DNA from: Steroidobacteraceae bacterium
GTDB lineage: Bacteria; Pseudomonadota; Gammaproteobacteria; Steroidobacterales; Steroidobacteraceae
DNA length: 64,000 nt
Direction: 5' to 3'
Assembly: GCA_019187495.1 (NCBI GenBank)
Contig: JABAQN010000009.1
Span: 34,934 to 98,933 of the forward strand
In this document: positions 55,142 to 64,000 of the stretch, piece after piece
How positions within the stretch are numbered: position 1 is the first letter of the stretch
Layout of the letters: the number at the start of each line of letters is the position of its first letter
The notes under the pieces: generated by a model
Told to the model about the DNA's origin: nothing
The model's input: the letters and a program-made list of their open reading frames with translations, nothing else
The model's database searches: none
Position numbers and translations under genes: made by a program

Positions 55142-56173
55142 ATGTCATTTCCGGCCGGCCCCACGGTGAACGGCGCGAAAACCGCCAAAAGCAGCCTGCT
55201 CGCAGTCAACCGGGTCGCGTTCTATCTGGCACGCATGGGTGCCCGGGGCATCCCCGCCGGGCAGGTTCTCGCAGGCACGGAACTGCAGCCCGAACAGGTG
55301 CAGGGTGTCTTTCGCGGAACACCCGCGCACTACCGCACGATCATCGCCAACATGCTGCGGCTCACGGGTGATCCGTTCCTCGGCATCGCGCTCGGTGACG
55401 AATTTCGCATCAGCGATTTCGGCGTGCTCGGATATGCCATCCTGAGCAGCGCGACGCTGCGCCAGTCACGCAGCGTGATGGCGGAGTATTACACGCTGAA
55501 TGAGCACATCATCCGCCCGGATGTCACGATCGACGAGCGGCGCTGGTGCATCGAGATCTCGGAAACCTTCCCGCTGGGGCGCCACCTCCCCTTCGCGGTC
55601 GAAGAATATGTCAGTCGCGCCACGGCGCTCGCGTGCACGCTGACCAATCAGCCCTTCCCCGTCAAGTCGCTGCACCTTGCGTATGCGGCGCCGGCAGACC
55701 TGACGGCATATCGGCGGCGATTCGACTGCCCGATGTACTTCGATCAGCCGAAGACACTCGTGCATTTCGACGTCGCCCGCCTCGAGACGCCGATCAGCCT
55801 CGCGAACGAAGAGGTCTTCCGGGTGTGCGAACGCCAGTGCCATCTGACGGCTGATCGCATCGCCGGCGGCAGCTCCCTCGCCACACAGATCCGCGATGCG
55901 CTCATCGGGGCGCCGGGCGAGTTCCCCACCATGGACGCCATGGCGCAACGACTGAAGACGACCCCGCGCACACTGCGCCGCCGGCTGGTCGGCGAGGGGA
56001 TCAGCTACCAGAAAATCCTGGACGAGACGCGCAAGGACCTCGCACGCCAGTATCTCGAATATACGCGGCTCACACCCAAGGAAATCGCTTTCCTGCTCGG
56101 GTACAGCGACGTGAGCAATTTCCGGCGGGCATTCCGCAGCTGGACGGGGCGCAGGATTTCCGACTACCGCTGA
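55142..56173 (+). CDS. AraC family transcriptional regulator
   Basis: C-terminus TMDAMAQRLKTTPRTLRRRLVGEGISYQKIL ... KEIAFLLGYSDVSNFRRAFRSWTGRRISDYR. It is divergent from the acyl-CoA ligase. Confidence 0.9.
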   Translation: MSFPAGPTVNGAKTAKSSLLAVNRVAFYLARMGARGIPAGQVLAGTELQPEQVQGVFRGTPAHYRTIIANMLRLTGDPFLGIALGDEFRISDFGVLGYAILSSATLRQSRSVMAEYYTLNEHIIRPDVTIDERRWCIEISETFPLGRHLPFAVEEYVSRATALACTLTNQPFPVKSLHLAYAAPADLTAYRRRFDCPMYFDQPKTLVHFDVARLETPISLANEEVFRVCERQCHLTADRIAGGSSLATQIRDALIGAPGEFPTMDAMAQRLKTTPRTLRRRLVGEGISYQKILDETRKDLARQYLEYTRLTPKEIAFLLGYSDVSNFRRAFRSWTGRRISDYR

Positions 56174-57561
56174 GCGGCCTCCTCGAGCGCCTCCCGATAG
56201 GGCCGCAGGCACGCCTTGAGCACCAGCGCCCCGGCGGGGCAGAACACCGCTCCGATGATCGCCAGCGAATACCTGACCGCGGCATCGTCCTGAAACACGA
56301 AATCGGTGAGTGCCGCGGTTATGGAGGCCCCCAGACTCATCCCGACGATGTTGCCGAAGAAAATCTGCAGGGCAGTCACCTGCGCGCGCATCTGGTTCGG
56401 GGTCACGAGCTGCATCACGGCACCAGTCGTGCCGTAGTAACTGCACTTGAGGAAAGTCGTCGGCGCGAGCAACAGCAGCGCGAGCGCCGCGTTTGGCATC
56501 AGCGGTCCGATCATCGCTGGAACCGTCATCGCGAGCGCAGCGAACATGGTGAAGCGCATGTGCGCATCACGGCGGCCCCGGCTCTCGAGGCGCTCGGCGA
56601 AGCGCGCACCCCAATAGGTGCCGAGGGGGCCGAACACGAGATACGTGAGACCGAACCACAAGCCGGCCTCGCCCATCGACATGCCGTAGGTGCGAATGAG
56701 AAAGGTCGGATACCAGGCCATCATTCCGTAGCTGAAGACTCCAAGCAGTGCCGTCCCGATCGGAAAGCCGAAGTAGAGTCGACGCCGGTCGAGCAGGAAT
56801 CGCCACACGAAGGCGAGCGAGACGCCTTGCGCCCTGCCCGACGCATCGCGCAACTGGCCGCGCCGCTCGGGCTCCCGAATCCCGTACATCAGGAGCGCCA
56901 CCAGCAACCCCGGCGCACCGACGATGAGGAAGACCGCCTGCCACGGTCGCAGCACGCCAATGAGGGGCAGGACGATGTCCTCCGCCGTGCTTACCGCCTC
57001 GATGACCAGGCCCCCGATGAGGTAGGCCGCGCCACCACCGACGCTCAGGCCCATGGTGAAGATCGCGAGCGCACGCGCAATCCGTTGCGGCGGAAAATAG
57101 TCGCTCAGGAGTGAATAGCCCGGCGGGGAAAGCGCCGCTTCGCCCACTCCCACCCCGACGCGCATCAGGAACAGCGTGCCGTAGGAACGCGCGAGGCCAC
57201 AACCCACGGTCATCGCGCTCCACAGCGCGATGCCACAGGCGATGATCGTGCGCCGGTTCGCCCTGTCCGCCAGCCAGGCGATTGGCAGCGCCATGACGGA
57301 ATAGAAGAGCGCGAAAGCCCAGCCCTGCAGCAGGCTCATCTCGAAATCGCTGATTCCGAGGTCTCGCCTGATCGGCCCGACGAGCAGGCTCAGTATCTGC
57401 CGGTCGATGAACGAGAAAATGTAGGCGAGCAGCAATACGCCGAGTACGTAGTGCCGATACCACGGGCGCTCGTGCCACCGCAGTGCGGCGGGGCGGACCG
57501 CACCTCGCGCGGATTCGCCCGCCGCAGCGGATCTCACCGCATCAGAAGGTGAGGGAGACAT
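56164..57561 (-). CDS. MFS transporter
   Basis: Multiple hydrophobic helices and the MFS loop motif LADRANRRTIIACG. The start is uncertain (57537-57612). The 3' end overlaps the convergent AraC gene by 10 nt. Confidence 0.85.
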   Translation of the reverse strand: MSPSPSDAVRSAAAGESARGAVRPAALRWHERPWYRHYVLGVLLLAYIFSFIDRQILSLLVGPIRRDLGISDFEMSLLQGWAFALFYSVMALPIAWLADRANRRTIIACGIALWSAMTVGCGLARSYGTLFLMRVGVGVGEAALSPPGYSLLSDYFPPQRIARALAIFTMGLSVGGGAAYLIGGLVIEAVSTAEDIVLPLIGVLRPWQAVFLIVGAPGLLVALLMYGIREPERRGQLRDASGRAQGVSLAFVWRFLLDRRRLYFGFPIGTALLGVFSYGMMAWYPTFLIRTYGMSMGEAGLWFGLTYLVFGPLGTYWGARFAERLESRGRRDAHMRFTMFAALAMTVPAMIGPLMPNAALALLLLAPTTFLKCSYYGTTGAVMQLVTPNQMRAQVTALQIFFGNIVGMSLGASITAALTDFVFQDDAAVRYSLAIIGAVFCPAGALVLKACLRPYREALEEAAQR

Positions 57562-59776
57562 TGGCGCCATAGGTCCGCGGCCAGCCAAGCGTGCCGCCGC
57601 GGAAGCCGCCAAAATCGACCACGTTGTCGAAATACTCCTTGTCGGTGAGGTTCAGACCCCACAGCGAGAACTGCAGCCGCGTACGCTCGCCGAGTGCGAT
57701 CTTCGACAGGGTCAGGCGTGCGTCCAGGAGTCCACGCGCATCCAGTCGGGAGTTGGGTGCTGCGCCAGTCGCCTTGATGGCAATCGCATCGGCTTCGTCC
57801 TGGTAGTTGTAGTTCAGATGCAGGGACAGATCACCGAAGCCAAGGCTCGGGAAGCCATAGTCGAGACCCAGGTTGGCGCTGCTGCGCGGCGCGTTGTTCA
57901 GGCGCGCGCGATCGGAGACGTCGCCGATGATCGGGCCGAGATCGAACTTGTCGAACTTGTAGTGCAGGTAGGCAAGACTCAGATTGACGCGCAGGCGCTC
58001 GGTCAGCAACGCCACCGCCTCCAGTTCCGCTCCCTCGATTTTTGCCTTGCCCGCGTTGAGCGTTGCCGACACCGTGCCCGTGAACGACGTCAACTGCATG
58101 TCCGTATAGTCGCTGTAGAACGCCGCCAGATTCGCCTCCAGCCGCTCATCGAGCCAGCGCGACTTCAGGCCGATTTCGTAGGCGGTGAGTTCTTCGGACT
58201 TGAAAGGCACGGCCGCCGACGCCGCGGAGGATGCCTGGCCGTCATAGCCGCCGCTGCGAAATCCCTCGGCATAGCGAAAATAGACATTCACCTCGTCGGT
58301 GAGCCGGTAGCTCGGCGAGAACATCAGGGACGTATTGCTGAACTCCAGAGTCGGCAACACGAGATTCGGACCAGGGTCGCGAATGTCGAAAGTTCCGGTA
58401 CCACCGGGATAGGTCCTGATGAAGCGCGCCATCTCCTTTTCTTCCTCCGTGTAGCGCGCACCGAAGCTCAGCGTCAGGCGATCGAGTGCCGCCGGCGTGT
58501 AATCCACCTGGCCGAACACCGCCTTGTTGGTGTTCTCCATATAGGAATTGTTGTCGCGGTGGAGGGTGGCATTCGAAAACTGCTGGACCCGCAGGCTGTC
58601 GATCTTCTCGTTGAACCAGTAGAGGCCGAGAACGTACTTGAACTGCCCCGCACTGCCGAGGATCTGGAGTTCTTCCGAGACCTGCGTGCCGTCGTAGTCG
58701 CGCGCCGACTCGTAGTAGCCGACGTCGCTGCCATCGAAGTCCTGCCCGTCGACGGACTCCATTTTCCGGTAACCGATGATGGACTTGAGCGTGAGCCAGT
58801 CGTTCACGTCCCAGGTGGCCGTCAGCGCATGGGTGTCACTCAGGGTCTGGAAAAAGGCCGGCTCGTTGGCGCTGCCTACCGAGGGCTGCCCGCCGGGGAT
58901 GTACCCTTCGAATCCCGCCGGCATGGTGCCCGGCCGCACCACATCGATCACCTGCATCAGACGCTGGTTGTCATCGGCCTCGAAGCGCGAGTAGTCATAC
59001 GAGAGCAACAGGCTTTGGAGCGGTTCCCAGTCAACTGCCGCATGCACGCCGCGCCGATCCATGTCGCCGAAGCGATCGAAGTCGGCAATCGGACGCGCCG
59101 TGGCGGCGAAATTCTGCTGCACGTTCTCCGTGAAGCCGTCGCGCTGGCGGAGAAAATAGCTGAACCGCGCCTTGAGAGTTCCGAGGGCGGGTAGATCGAG
59201 ATTCACATTGGCCGAGCGCAGGTCTTCGTTGCCGAGCCCGAGCTTCACCGTCGTCCCGAATTCGCCGCTGGGGCGCTTGCTGATGATGTTGACGGCGCCG
59301 CCGATGGTATTGCGACCGTACAGCGTACCCTGCGGCCCGCGCAGGACCTCGACCCGTTCCACGTCGTCGAGATCGAACAGCGAATTCACTGTCTTGCCGG
59401 CGTAGACACCATCCAGATACATGCCGACGGCGTTCTCGAAACCCGGGTTGCCGGGATCATTGTTGCTCACGCCACGGATCGCGATGGTAATGACCCCGGT
59501 CGTGCCTTGCTTGATATGCAGGTTGGGCACGGACTTGGCAATGGAGTCGGTGTCCGTGACGCCGCGAACCTCGAGCGCCTCGGCATCCATGGCCGTGATG
59601 GCGATGGGGACCTCCTGGAGATTCTCCGAGCGCTTCTGTGCCGTGACGATGACTTCCTGCAAGCCGACGGTGTCGGTGCCTTCCTGGTCTTCGGCCGCAG
59701 CGGCAGCTGCGACTGCGGCGACAAGAGCGGTGCTGCCGACGAGGGCAATCAACATGGGGAGGCTGCGTCGGTTCAT
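57542..59776 (-). CDS. TonB-dependent outer-membrane receptor
   Basis: 744-aa ORF with a signal peptide, the plug motif LQEVIVTAQKRSENLQEVPIAITAM and the C-terminal end ..ANVSLTF. Confidence 0.92.
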   Translation of the reverse strand: MNRRSLPMLIALVGSTALVAAVAAAAAAEDQEGTDTVGLQEVIVTAQKRSENLQEVPIAITAMDAEALEVRGVTDTDSIAKSVPNLHIKQGTTGVITIAIRGVSNNDPGNPGFENAVGMYLDGVYAGKTVNSLFDLDDVERVEVLRGPQGTLYGRNTIGGAVNIISKRPSGEFGTTVKLGLGNEDLRSANVNLDLPALGTLKARFSYFLRQRDGFTENVQQNFAATARPIADFDRFGDMDRRGVHAAVDWEPLQSLLLSYDYSRFEADDNQRLMQVIDVVRPGTMPAGFEGYIPGGQPSVGSANEPAFFQTLSDTHALTATWDVNDWLTLKSIIGYRKMESVDGQDFDGSDVGYYESARDYDGTQVSEELQILGSAGQFKYVLGLYWFNEKIDSLRVQQFSNATLHRDNNSYMENTNKAVFGQVDYTPAALDRLTLSFGARYTEEEKEMARFIRTYPGGTGTFDIRDPGPNLVLPTLEFSNTSLMFSPSYRLTDEVNVYFRYAEGFRSGGYDGQASSAASAAVPFKSEELTAYEIGLKSRWLDERLEANLAAFYSDYTDMQLTSFTGTVSATLNAGKAKIEGAELEAVALLTERLRVNLSLAYLHYKFDKFDLGPIIGDVSDRARLNNAPRSSANLGLDYGFPSLGFGDLSLHLNYNYQDEADAIAIKATGAAPNSRLDARGLLDARLTLSKIALGERTRLQFSLWGLNLTDKEYFDNVVDFGGFRGGTLGWPRTYGANVSLTF

Positions 59777-59923
59777 GGGCTTGCTGATCCTCTCGGGACT
59801 TGCGCAATGGCGGCGATGGCTGCTGAGGATAGATACGCGCGCAAGCCGCCAAAACCGGCCCGAAGGATCAAATCCGGTCAGGATGTGTCAGCCGCGTGCA
59901 GGCGCTGCCCCGATCGCGACGCC

Positions 59924-61375
59924 TCATTCGAACACGCCGAGGATGTTCTGATACTTCTCGATGTACCAGCGATTCTCGCGGTTGTAGCGGGGAATCGCGA
60001 CCGGGCGGATGCCATTGTCGGTCTGGTGCCAAACGCACGGGCAGTTCACGCCACCTTCCCGCGATGGCTCGCCCGCGCGCCGCAGGTCTTCCAGCCGGAC
60101 CCGCATTCTCCCGAGGACCCGATACAGCTTCGCGACATTCCGCGGTCCGCCGTTGTAGCCGGCGACCGGGAAGATGCCGAGCACCGCCGGATTGGCGCGG
60201 TACGCGAGGCGAATATCCTCCCTCATTTGCGACAACTCGATGTCGAGCAGGCAGATCGCCGCCTTCATCGCATTCTGCAGGTTCGTCGCGCCGCGCTCGA
60301 AATTCGGGTCGAGCCCTGCCCCGGCACATCGCCTGACCACGAGCGCGTAGGTGCCGTTCCCGCGCCGGTTCGTGAACTGCATCGGGCCGAGCGCCGCCGC
60401 GCTCGAGACGCTGTATCGATACGCCTCCTGCCGCTTCAGTCCGTACTGGCTCAGCACCTGCTCGACGGCGGTGGCGCCGTCCTCTCGGAAATCCGTATCG
60501 TCCGTCTGCTCGATCACCGCGAGCGTGGTGATCACTTCGGCGGGAATCACGTCAGCGAGCAGCTCGCCCGGAAACGCCGCGCTCGGCACTCCGGCGAGGC
60601 GCAGCTCTTCGCCCGCCTTCCGGGCGGTGTCCAGCAGAAACTGGCGCCCGCTCCCGACGAACGCCGGATCGAGCGTATCGTCGGTGAACGGAAGGTAGAC
60701 GATCGGCCTGGCGGTCCGGGCCACGTCGCGCCAGCGCCTCGCCCGAAGCAGCGCGTTGTCGAACACGGGAAACTTCCTCCCGTAAACCTTCAGGTCTTCA
60801 CCATCCTTCGTGAAGGCAAACATCAACCGCTCGGCGCCGGTGCCCTTCACGTGGCGGGCGCGAACCCCGGACGTGCGCACGAGGAACTGCAGCGGTCTTC
60901 GCCCGGGTTTCCACCTGACCGGCGGGCGGGGGATTTCAACATGTGCGATCGTCCACTCCTGCCGCGACTCGCTCCACAGTGCGAAGGCGACCGGGCGCCC
61001 GCGCAGCACTTCCCGGCCACGTTGCCTGACGAAGAAATATTCGAGCTCGACATTGCGAAGCAGCGACTGAGCTTCGGCCACGCGGTCGCGGATCAGATCG
61101 CTGCGATCCGGGATCCGGCCCTCGACGACAACCTCGGCAAGTCCGCCGGTGGCGGGAGCGGCCTCATGCTGCTCCGACTCCGCGACCGCGAGCGGAACCT
61201 CCTGCTCTCCTTCGGGTGCAATCGTGGCCGGTGCCTGCTCGATCGCATCTTCAACCGGGACCGGTGGCTCTTCGTCTCCGGGGGTGCCTGGCGCCGTCGC
61301 GCATCCTGCAGCGATCAGCAGGCCGAGCAAGGACACGGTCCAGGCGGCGCGCCGCGGCGCTTGAACCCTCAACAT
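59924..61375 (-). CDS. Lipoprotein with a lytic-transglycosylase (SLT)-like C-terminal region
   Basis: Internal Met MLRVQAPRRAAWTVSLLGLLIAAGC (lipobox AAGC). SLT-like motifs ..SSAAALGPMQFT.. and ..VAGYNGGPRNV.. The catalytic Glu is not confidently placed. Confidence 0.6.
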   Translation of the reverse strand: MLRVQAPRRAAWTVSLLGLLIAAGCATAPGTPGDEEPPVPVEDAIEQAPATIAPEGEQEVPLAVAESEQHEAAPATGGLAEVVVEGRIPDRSDLIRDRVAEAQSLLRNVELEYFFVRQRGREVLRGRPVAFALWSESRQEWTIAHVEIPRPPVRWKPGRRPLQFLVRTSGVRARHVKGTGAERLMFAFTKDGEDLKVYGRKFPVFDNALLRARRWRDVARTARPIVYLPFTDDTLDPAFVGSGRQFLLDTARKAGEELRLAGVPSAAFPGELLADVIPAEVITTLAVIEQTDDTDFREDGATAVEQVLSQYGLKRQEAYRYSVSSAAALGPMQFTNRRGNGTYALVVRRCAGAGLDPNFERGATNLQNAMKAAICLLDIELSQMREDIRLAYRANPAVLGIFPVAGYNGGPRNVAKLYRVLGRMRVRLEDLRRAGEPSREGGVNCPCVWHQTDNGIRPVAIPRYNRENRWYIEKYQNILGVFE

Positions 61376-61563
61376 CCTGGCTGTGTGAATTCCGGCCGGC
61401 GCGGTATCAATGCACCGCTCGCATAGGCCAACTCGAGTGCAGAGATGAGCCAGGCCAGTCTTTGATCCGGCGTGCGGCGCTGGAACGACCATTGCCGCAG
61501 TGCCTCTGCATCCTCCCACGTCCCCCAGCCGACGGGCTCACCCTTGTCGTTGAATTTCAGCAT
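61369..61563 (-). CDS. Small hypothetical protein (64 aa)
   Basis: MLKFNDKGEPVGWGTWEDAEALRQWSFQRR.. It starts 9 nt after the upstream stop and overlaps the lipoprotein start by 7 nt (ATGTTGA). No family recognised. Confidence 0.45.
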   Translation of the reverse strand: MLKFNDKGEPVGWGTWEDAEALRQWSFQRRTPDQRLAWLISALELAYASGALIPRRPEFTQPGC

Positions 61564-61572
61564 CTTCCCAGG

Positions 61573-62061
61573 TCATGCCTTGCGCGATTGCAGACGCTCG
61601 ACGTCGGCGAGATCCTGTGGCCTGCCGGAAGCACGCTTGATGCGAATCAGGTGCTCACGCGAAACAACGCGAACATTCACGCCTCCCAGCTCGACCAGGG
61701 CTGCGTTGGTCCAGAGTTCTTCGAACGGCAGCGGCGATTCGAGAAAAATATCGATGGTAGGCTTGGTGTTCGTGGAATCCCAAAGGCTGAAGACGGTCAT
61801 GTTCCGGTCGCGCCGCCACGCTTCCCGGATTGCGGGATCTGCAAGCTGCATCGGATCGACAGGCGCCATCGGCCGATAGCCGATGCGCGTGAGCGCTGCG
61901 ATCGCAGCGCTCACGGACTCCGCGGTGAGTTCGAGGGCGATGTCGAGGTCTGCCGTGAGCCGATCGTGGCCATGCAGCACGACGGCAACACCACCCGCTA
62001 TCACGAAACGCACGCCGGCCTGCGCGAGTGCCTGGATGATTGCGTGGAAATCCGTCGGCAT
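61573..62061 (-). CDS. Minimal nucleotidyltransferase-fold protein
   Basis: Start MPTDFHAIIQAL. NTase motif G-G-x12-D-L-D in IAGGVAVVLHGHDRLTADLDIAL. The ORF-track start at 62136 runs into the tRNA gene and is rejected. Confidence 0.65.
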   Translation of the reverse strand: MPTDFHAIIQALAQAGVRFVIAGGVAVVLHGHDRLTADLDIALELTAESVSAAIAALTRIGYRPMAPVDPMQLADPAIREAWRRDRNMTVFSLWDSTNTKPTIDIFLESPLPFEELWTNAALVELGGVNVRVVSREHLIRIKRASGRPQDLADVERLQSRKA

Positions 62062-62091
62062 GGCCTGCGAGCGCGACTCTCCCGTGAGAAT

Positions 62092-62168
62092 TGGTCGGAG
62101 CGCCGAGATTTGAACTCGGGACCCCTTGCACCCCATGCAAGTGCGCTACCAGGCTGCGCCACGCTCCG
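62092..62168 (-). tRNA. tRNA-Pro (anticodon GGG)
   Basis: Hand-folded 77-nt cloverleaf: CGGAGCG TG GCGC AGCCTGGTA GCGC A CTTGC ATGGGGT GCAAG GGGTC CCGAG TTCAAAT CTCGG CGCTCCG A CCA. Confidence 0.92.
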
Positions 62169-62234
62169 ACACGATGATTCTTCGGCGCGAATGATACCAC
62201 TCGCCGCGCCGCGCGGTCGCGCGGCGGCCGCATT

Positions 62235-62591
62235 TCAGCGGCGCAATACCCGCAGCATGTCCTCGAGTTCCATTCGCACCTGGCGCACGATCTGCTGGCT
62301 CTGCATGGTGTCGCTGCGCGCCTCCTCACCCGTGAGCTTGTTGCGTGCGCCGCCGATCGTGAATCCCTGCTCGTAGAGGAGGCTCCTGATCTGGCGGATC
62401 ACGATCACGTCCTGGCGCTGGTAGTAGCGGCGATTGCCGCGCCGCTTGACCGGCTTCAGCTGCGGGAACTCCTGCTCCCAGTAACGCAGCACATGCGGCT
62501 TCACGCCGCACAGGTCGCTCACTTCGCCGATCGTGAAATAGCGCTTGCCCGGGATCGCGGGCAGCTCGTCGTTATTCTTTGGTTCCAGCAT
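62235..62591 (-). CDS. MerR-family transcriptional regulator (the type conserved downstream of ihfA)
   Basis: [45 protein letters not shown]. Confidence 0.88.
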   Translation of the reverse strand: MLEPKNNDELPAIPGKRYFTIGEVSDLCGVKPHVLRYWEQEFPQLKPVKRRGNRRYYQRQDVIVIRQIRSLLYEQGFTIGGARNKLTGEEARSDTMQSQQIVRQVRMELEDMLRVLRR

Positions 62592-62871
62592 AGGCCTCGA
62601 CCCGAGCCTTGAGCTTCTGCCCCGGACGGAATGTCACCACACGACGGGCCGTGATGGGAATCTCTTCTCCTGTCTTCGGATTGCGACCCGGCCGCTGGTT
62701 CTTGTCGCGCAAATCGAAATTGCCGAAGCCCGAGAGCTTCACCTGCTCACCGTTCGACAATGCCGCGCGCACTTCCTCGAAAAGAAGATCGACGAGCTCG
62801 CGCGCTTCACGCTTGTTCAGCCCCAGCTGATTGAACAGCGCTTCGGCCATTTCCGCCTTGGTCAGGGCCAT
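62572..62871 (-). CDS. ihfA: Integration host factor subunit alpha
   Basis: [88 protein letters not shown]. Confidence 0.96.
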   Translation of the reverse strand: MALTKAEMAEALFNQLGLNKREARELVDLLFEEVRAALSNGEQVKLSGFGNFDLRDKNQRPGRNPKTGEEIPITARRVVTFRPGQKLKARVEAYAGTKE

Positions 62872-62873
62872 CC

Positions 62874-64000
62874 CTACTCTCTTGTTTTCGCGTCCAGCGC
62901 ACCGGACAGGTCGGCCACGATCGCCGCCACGAGCCGGTCCGCATCCACGTCAGTCAGCGTGCGAGAATTATCCTGAAAAATCAAGCCTAAAGCGACGCTT
63001 TTTCGTCCGGATTCTATGCCGGGCCCCCGGTAGACGTCGAAGACTAGAAGTTCGCGCAGCAGGCTTGAACCCGACAAGGTTACACGTTCGCGAATCGCGC
63101 TTAAAGGCGTCGCCTCGTCGATCACGATCGCAAGATCGCGGCGCACCTGCGGAAAGCGGGAGAGCTCGCGAAACTGTGGCTTTTCCGCCGAAAGTGCGAC
63201 GAATTCGACTTCGAACAGCACCGGGACATATGTCAACTCGAGCACGCGCACGAGCTCCGGATGCAGCTCGCCGAGCCAGCCGATGCCTCGTCCGTCGCGT
63301 GTGATGCGCGCCGCGCGCCCCGGGTGGAGGCATGGCAGCCGATCGGCGACGAACGTGAAGCGTCCCGCGCCACCGGTCGCCGCAAGCAGTGATTCGAGAT
63401 CGCCCTTGAGGTCGTGGAAATCGACCGTCTCCTTCGCGCTGCCCCACTGCTCCGGCCATCGCGCTCCGCACGCCACGCCCGCGAGCATGTCGACTTCGCG
63501 TGTCCTCGTGCCATCCGGCAGGAACACGGTCCCATGCTCGCAAAGGCGCACGCGGTCCTGCTGGCGATGCAGGTTTTCACGCACGGCGCGCAGCAGGCCG
63601 GGCCAGAGTGACACGCGCATCACCGCCAGATCGCTCGCGATCGGATTGGCGAGCGCGACGGCCGGGATCCCGGGAAAGATCTGCTTCTGCAGGGCCGGAT
63701 CGACGAACGAGAAATTGATCGCCTCGTGATAGCCGCGCGCCGCCAGCAGCTCGAGCACGCGGGATTCGTCCGGTATCGAAGACGCAGCCGTGCCGATCCG
63801 CTGCGCCGCCTCGAGGCGTACCGCCGGAATCGTGTCGAAACCCGCGAGGCGCGCGATTTCCTCGATCAGATCCGCCTCGATCGCGATGTCGAATCGGTAG
63901 CCGGGCGGCGTGACTTCCCACCCGTCAGCGACCGGCTCAACTGACATGCCGAGGGCGCGAAGGTGCGCTTCCACGGCCGCATCGGCGGGCGCGAGCCCGA
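62874..64000 (-). CDS. pheT: Phenylalanine--tRNA ligase beta subunit, C-terminal part (5' end beyond window)
   Basis: The ORF is open to the window end. It shows B5/B3-4-like and C-terminal anticodon-binding-like regions (..[14 protein letters not shown].., ..[25 protein letters not shown]..) and the canonical pheT-ihfA order. Confidence 0.9.
   Translation of the reverse strand, partial: GLAPADAAVEAHLRALGMSVEPVADGWEVTPPGYRFDIAIEADLIEEIARLAGFDTIPAVRLEAAQRIGTAASSIPDESRVLELLAARGYHEAINFSFVDPALQKQIFPGIPAVALANPIASDLAVMRVSLWPGLLRAVRENLHRQQDRVRLCEHGTVFLPDGTRTREVDMLAGVACGARWPEQWGSAKETVDFHDLKGDLESLLAATGGAGRFTFVADRLPCLHPGRAARITRDGRGIGWLGELHPELVRVLELTYVPVLFEVEFVALSAEKPQFRELSRFPQVRRDLAIVIDEATPLSAIRERVTLSGSSLLRELLVFDVYRGPGIESGRKSVALGLIFQDNSRTLTDVDADRLVAAIVADLSGALDAKTRE

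Noticed and set aside
56164-56173. 10-nt convergent overlap of the AraC and MFS 3' ends as a special regulatory device
   Set aside because: Short convergent overlaps are common in compact GC-rich genomes. It is noted within a finding but not treated as a feature in its own right.
61573-62136. ORF-track start at 62136 for the nucleotidyltransferase-fold gene
   Set aside because: The first 25 codons (MGCKGSRVQISALRP..) are simply a translation of the tRNA-Pro gene. The Met at 62061 lies downstream of the tRNA.
59924-62168. Classical integrase-type genomic island at tRNA-Pro
   Set aside because: No integrase or recombinase gene is present. I found no direct repeat of the tRNA 3' end in the intergenic regions I could scan by eye. 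Only the weaker boundary statement is kept.
1-64000. CRISPR arrays, rRNA genes, riboswitches, prophage or conjugation genes
   Set aside because: No short regularly spaced repeats, rRNA-like stretches, or phage/conjugation protein signatures appeared in any frame. Intergenic regions are mostly under 160 bp. I cannot exclude small RNAs without a covariance-model scan.

Overview
This 64-kb high-G+C proteobacterial chromosome segment is almost fully coding. Hand counts on a few 60-nt lines gave about 62-77% GC in most genes, but these are not a full computation. The right edge is a conserved core anchor: pheT (partial)-ihfA-merR-tRNA-Pro(GGG). Everything to its left looks like an accessory catabolic and transport region in four blocks.
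(i) 1-11.6 kb is an organosulfate block. It holds three paralogous Cys-type sulfatases, a TonB-dependent receptor, and an AraC regulator with an intact IS5-type insertion sequence about 30 bp upstream of its start codon.
(ii) 12.5-24.7 kb is a steroid-like oxidoreductase block. A tightly overlapping 7-gene operon encodes a DegT-fold enzyme with His at the Schiff-base Lys position, an aldo-keto reductase (AKR), a GMC flavoenzyme, a clear ketosteroid isomerase homologue, a short-chain dehydrogenase/reductase (SDR), a xylose-isomerase-like TIM barrel and a Zn-ADH. It is followed by an AraC 3' remnant, a KstD/fumarate-reductase-type flavoprotein gene broken by an in-frame TAG, an SDR and a membrane PQQ dehydrogenase.
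(iii) 24.7-46.7 kb holds two paralogous Tat-exported type II DMSO-reductase-family alpha subunits (NarG/EbdA/steroid-C25-dehydrogenase-like) in inverted orientation. One is an orphan translationally coupled to a LuxR regulator. The other sits in a 10-gene operon: ADH-SDR-acyl-CoA synthetase-gamma-beta-alpha-sulfotransferase-DUF1214-like-TorD-like chaperone-ALDH. A cysD-cysNC-cysQ cassette for making the sulfate donor PAPS lies between the two alpha genes, next to that operon.
(iv) 46.9-59.8 kb holds three more SDRs, a second KSI/SnoaL-like protein, a second PQQ dehydrogenase, EthD, an acyl-CoA ligase, AraC, an MFS transporter and a second TonB receptor.
The most interesting hypothesis is inference only: a sulfate-ester (PAPS)-dependent variant of the oxygen-independent Mo-hydroxylase side-chain oxidation pathway. 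No CRISPR array, rRNA, integrase or prophage was seen.
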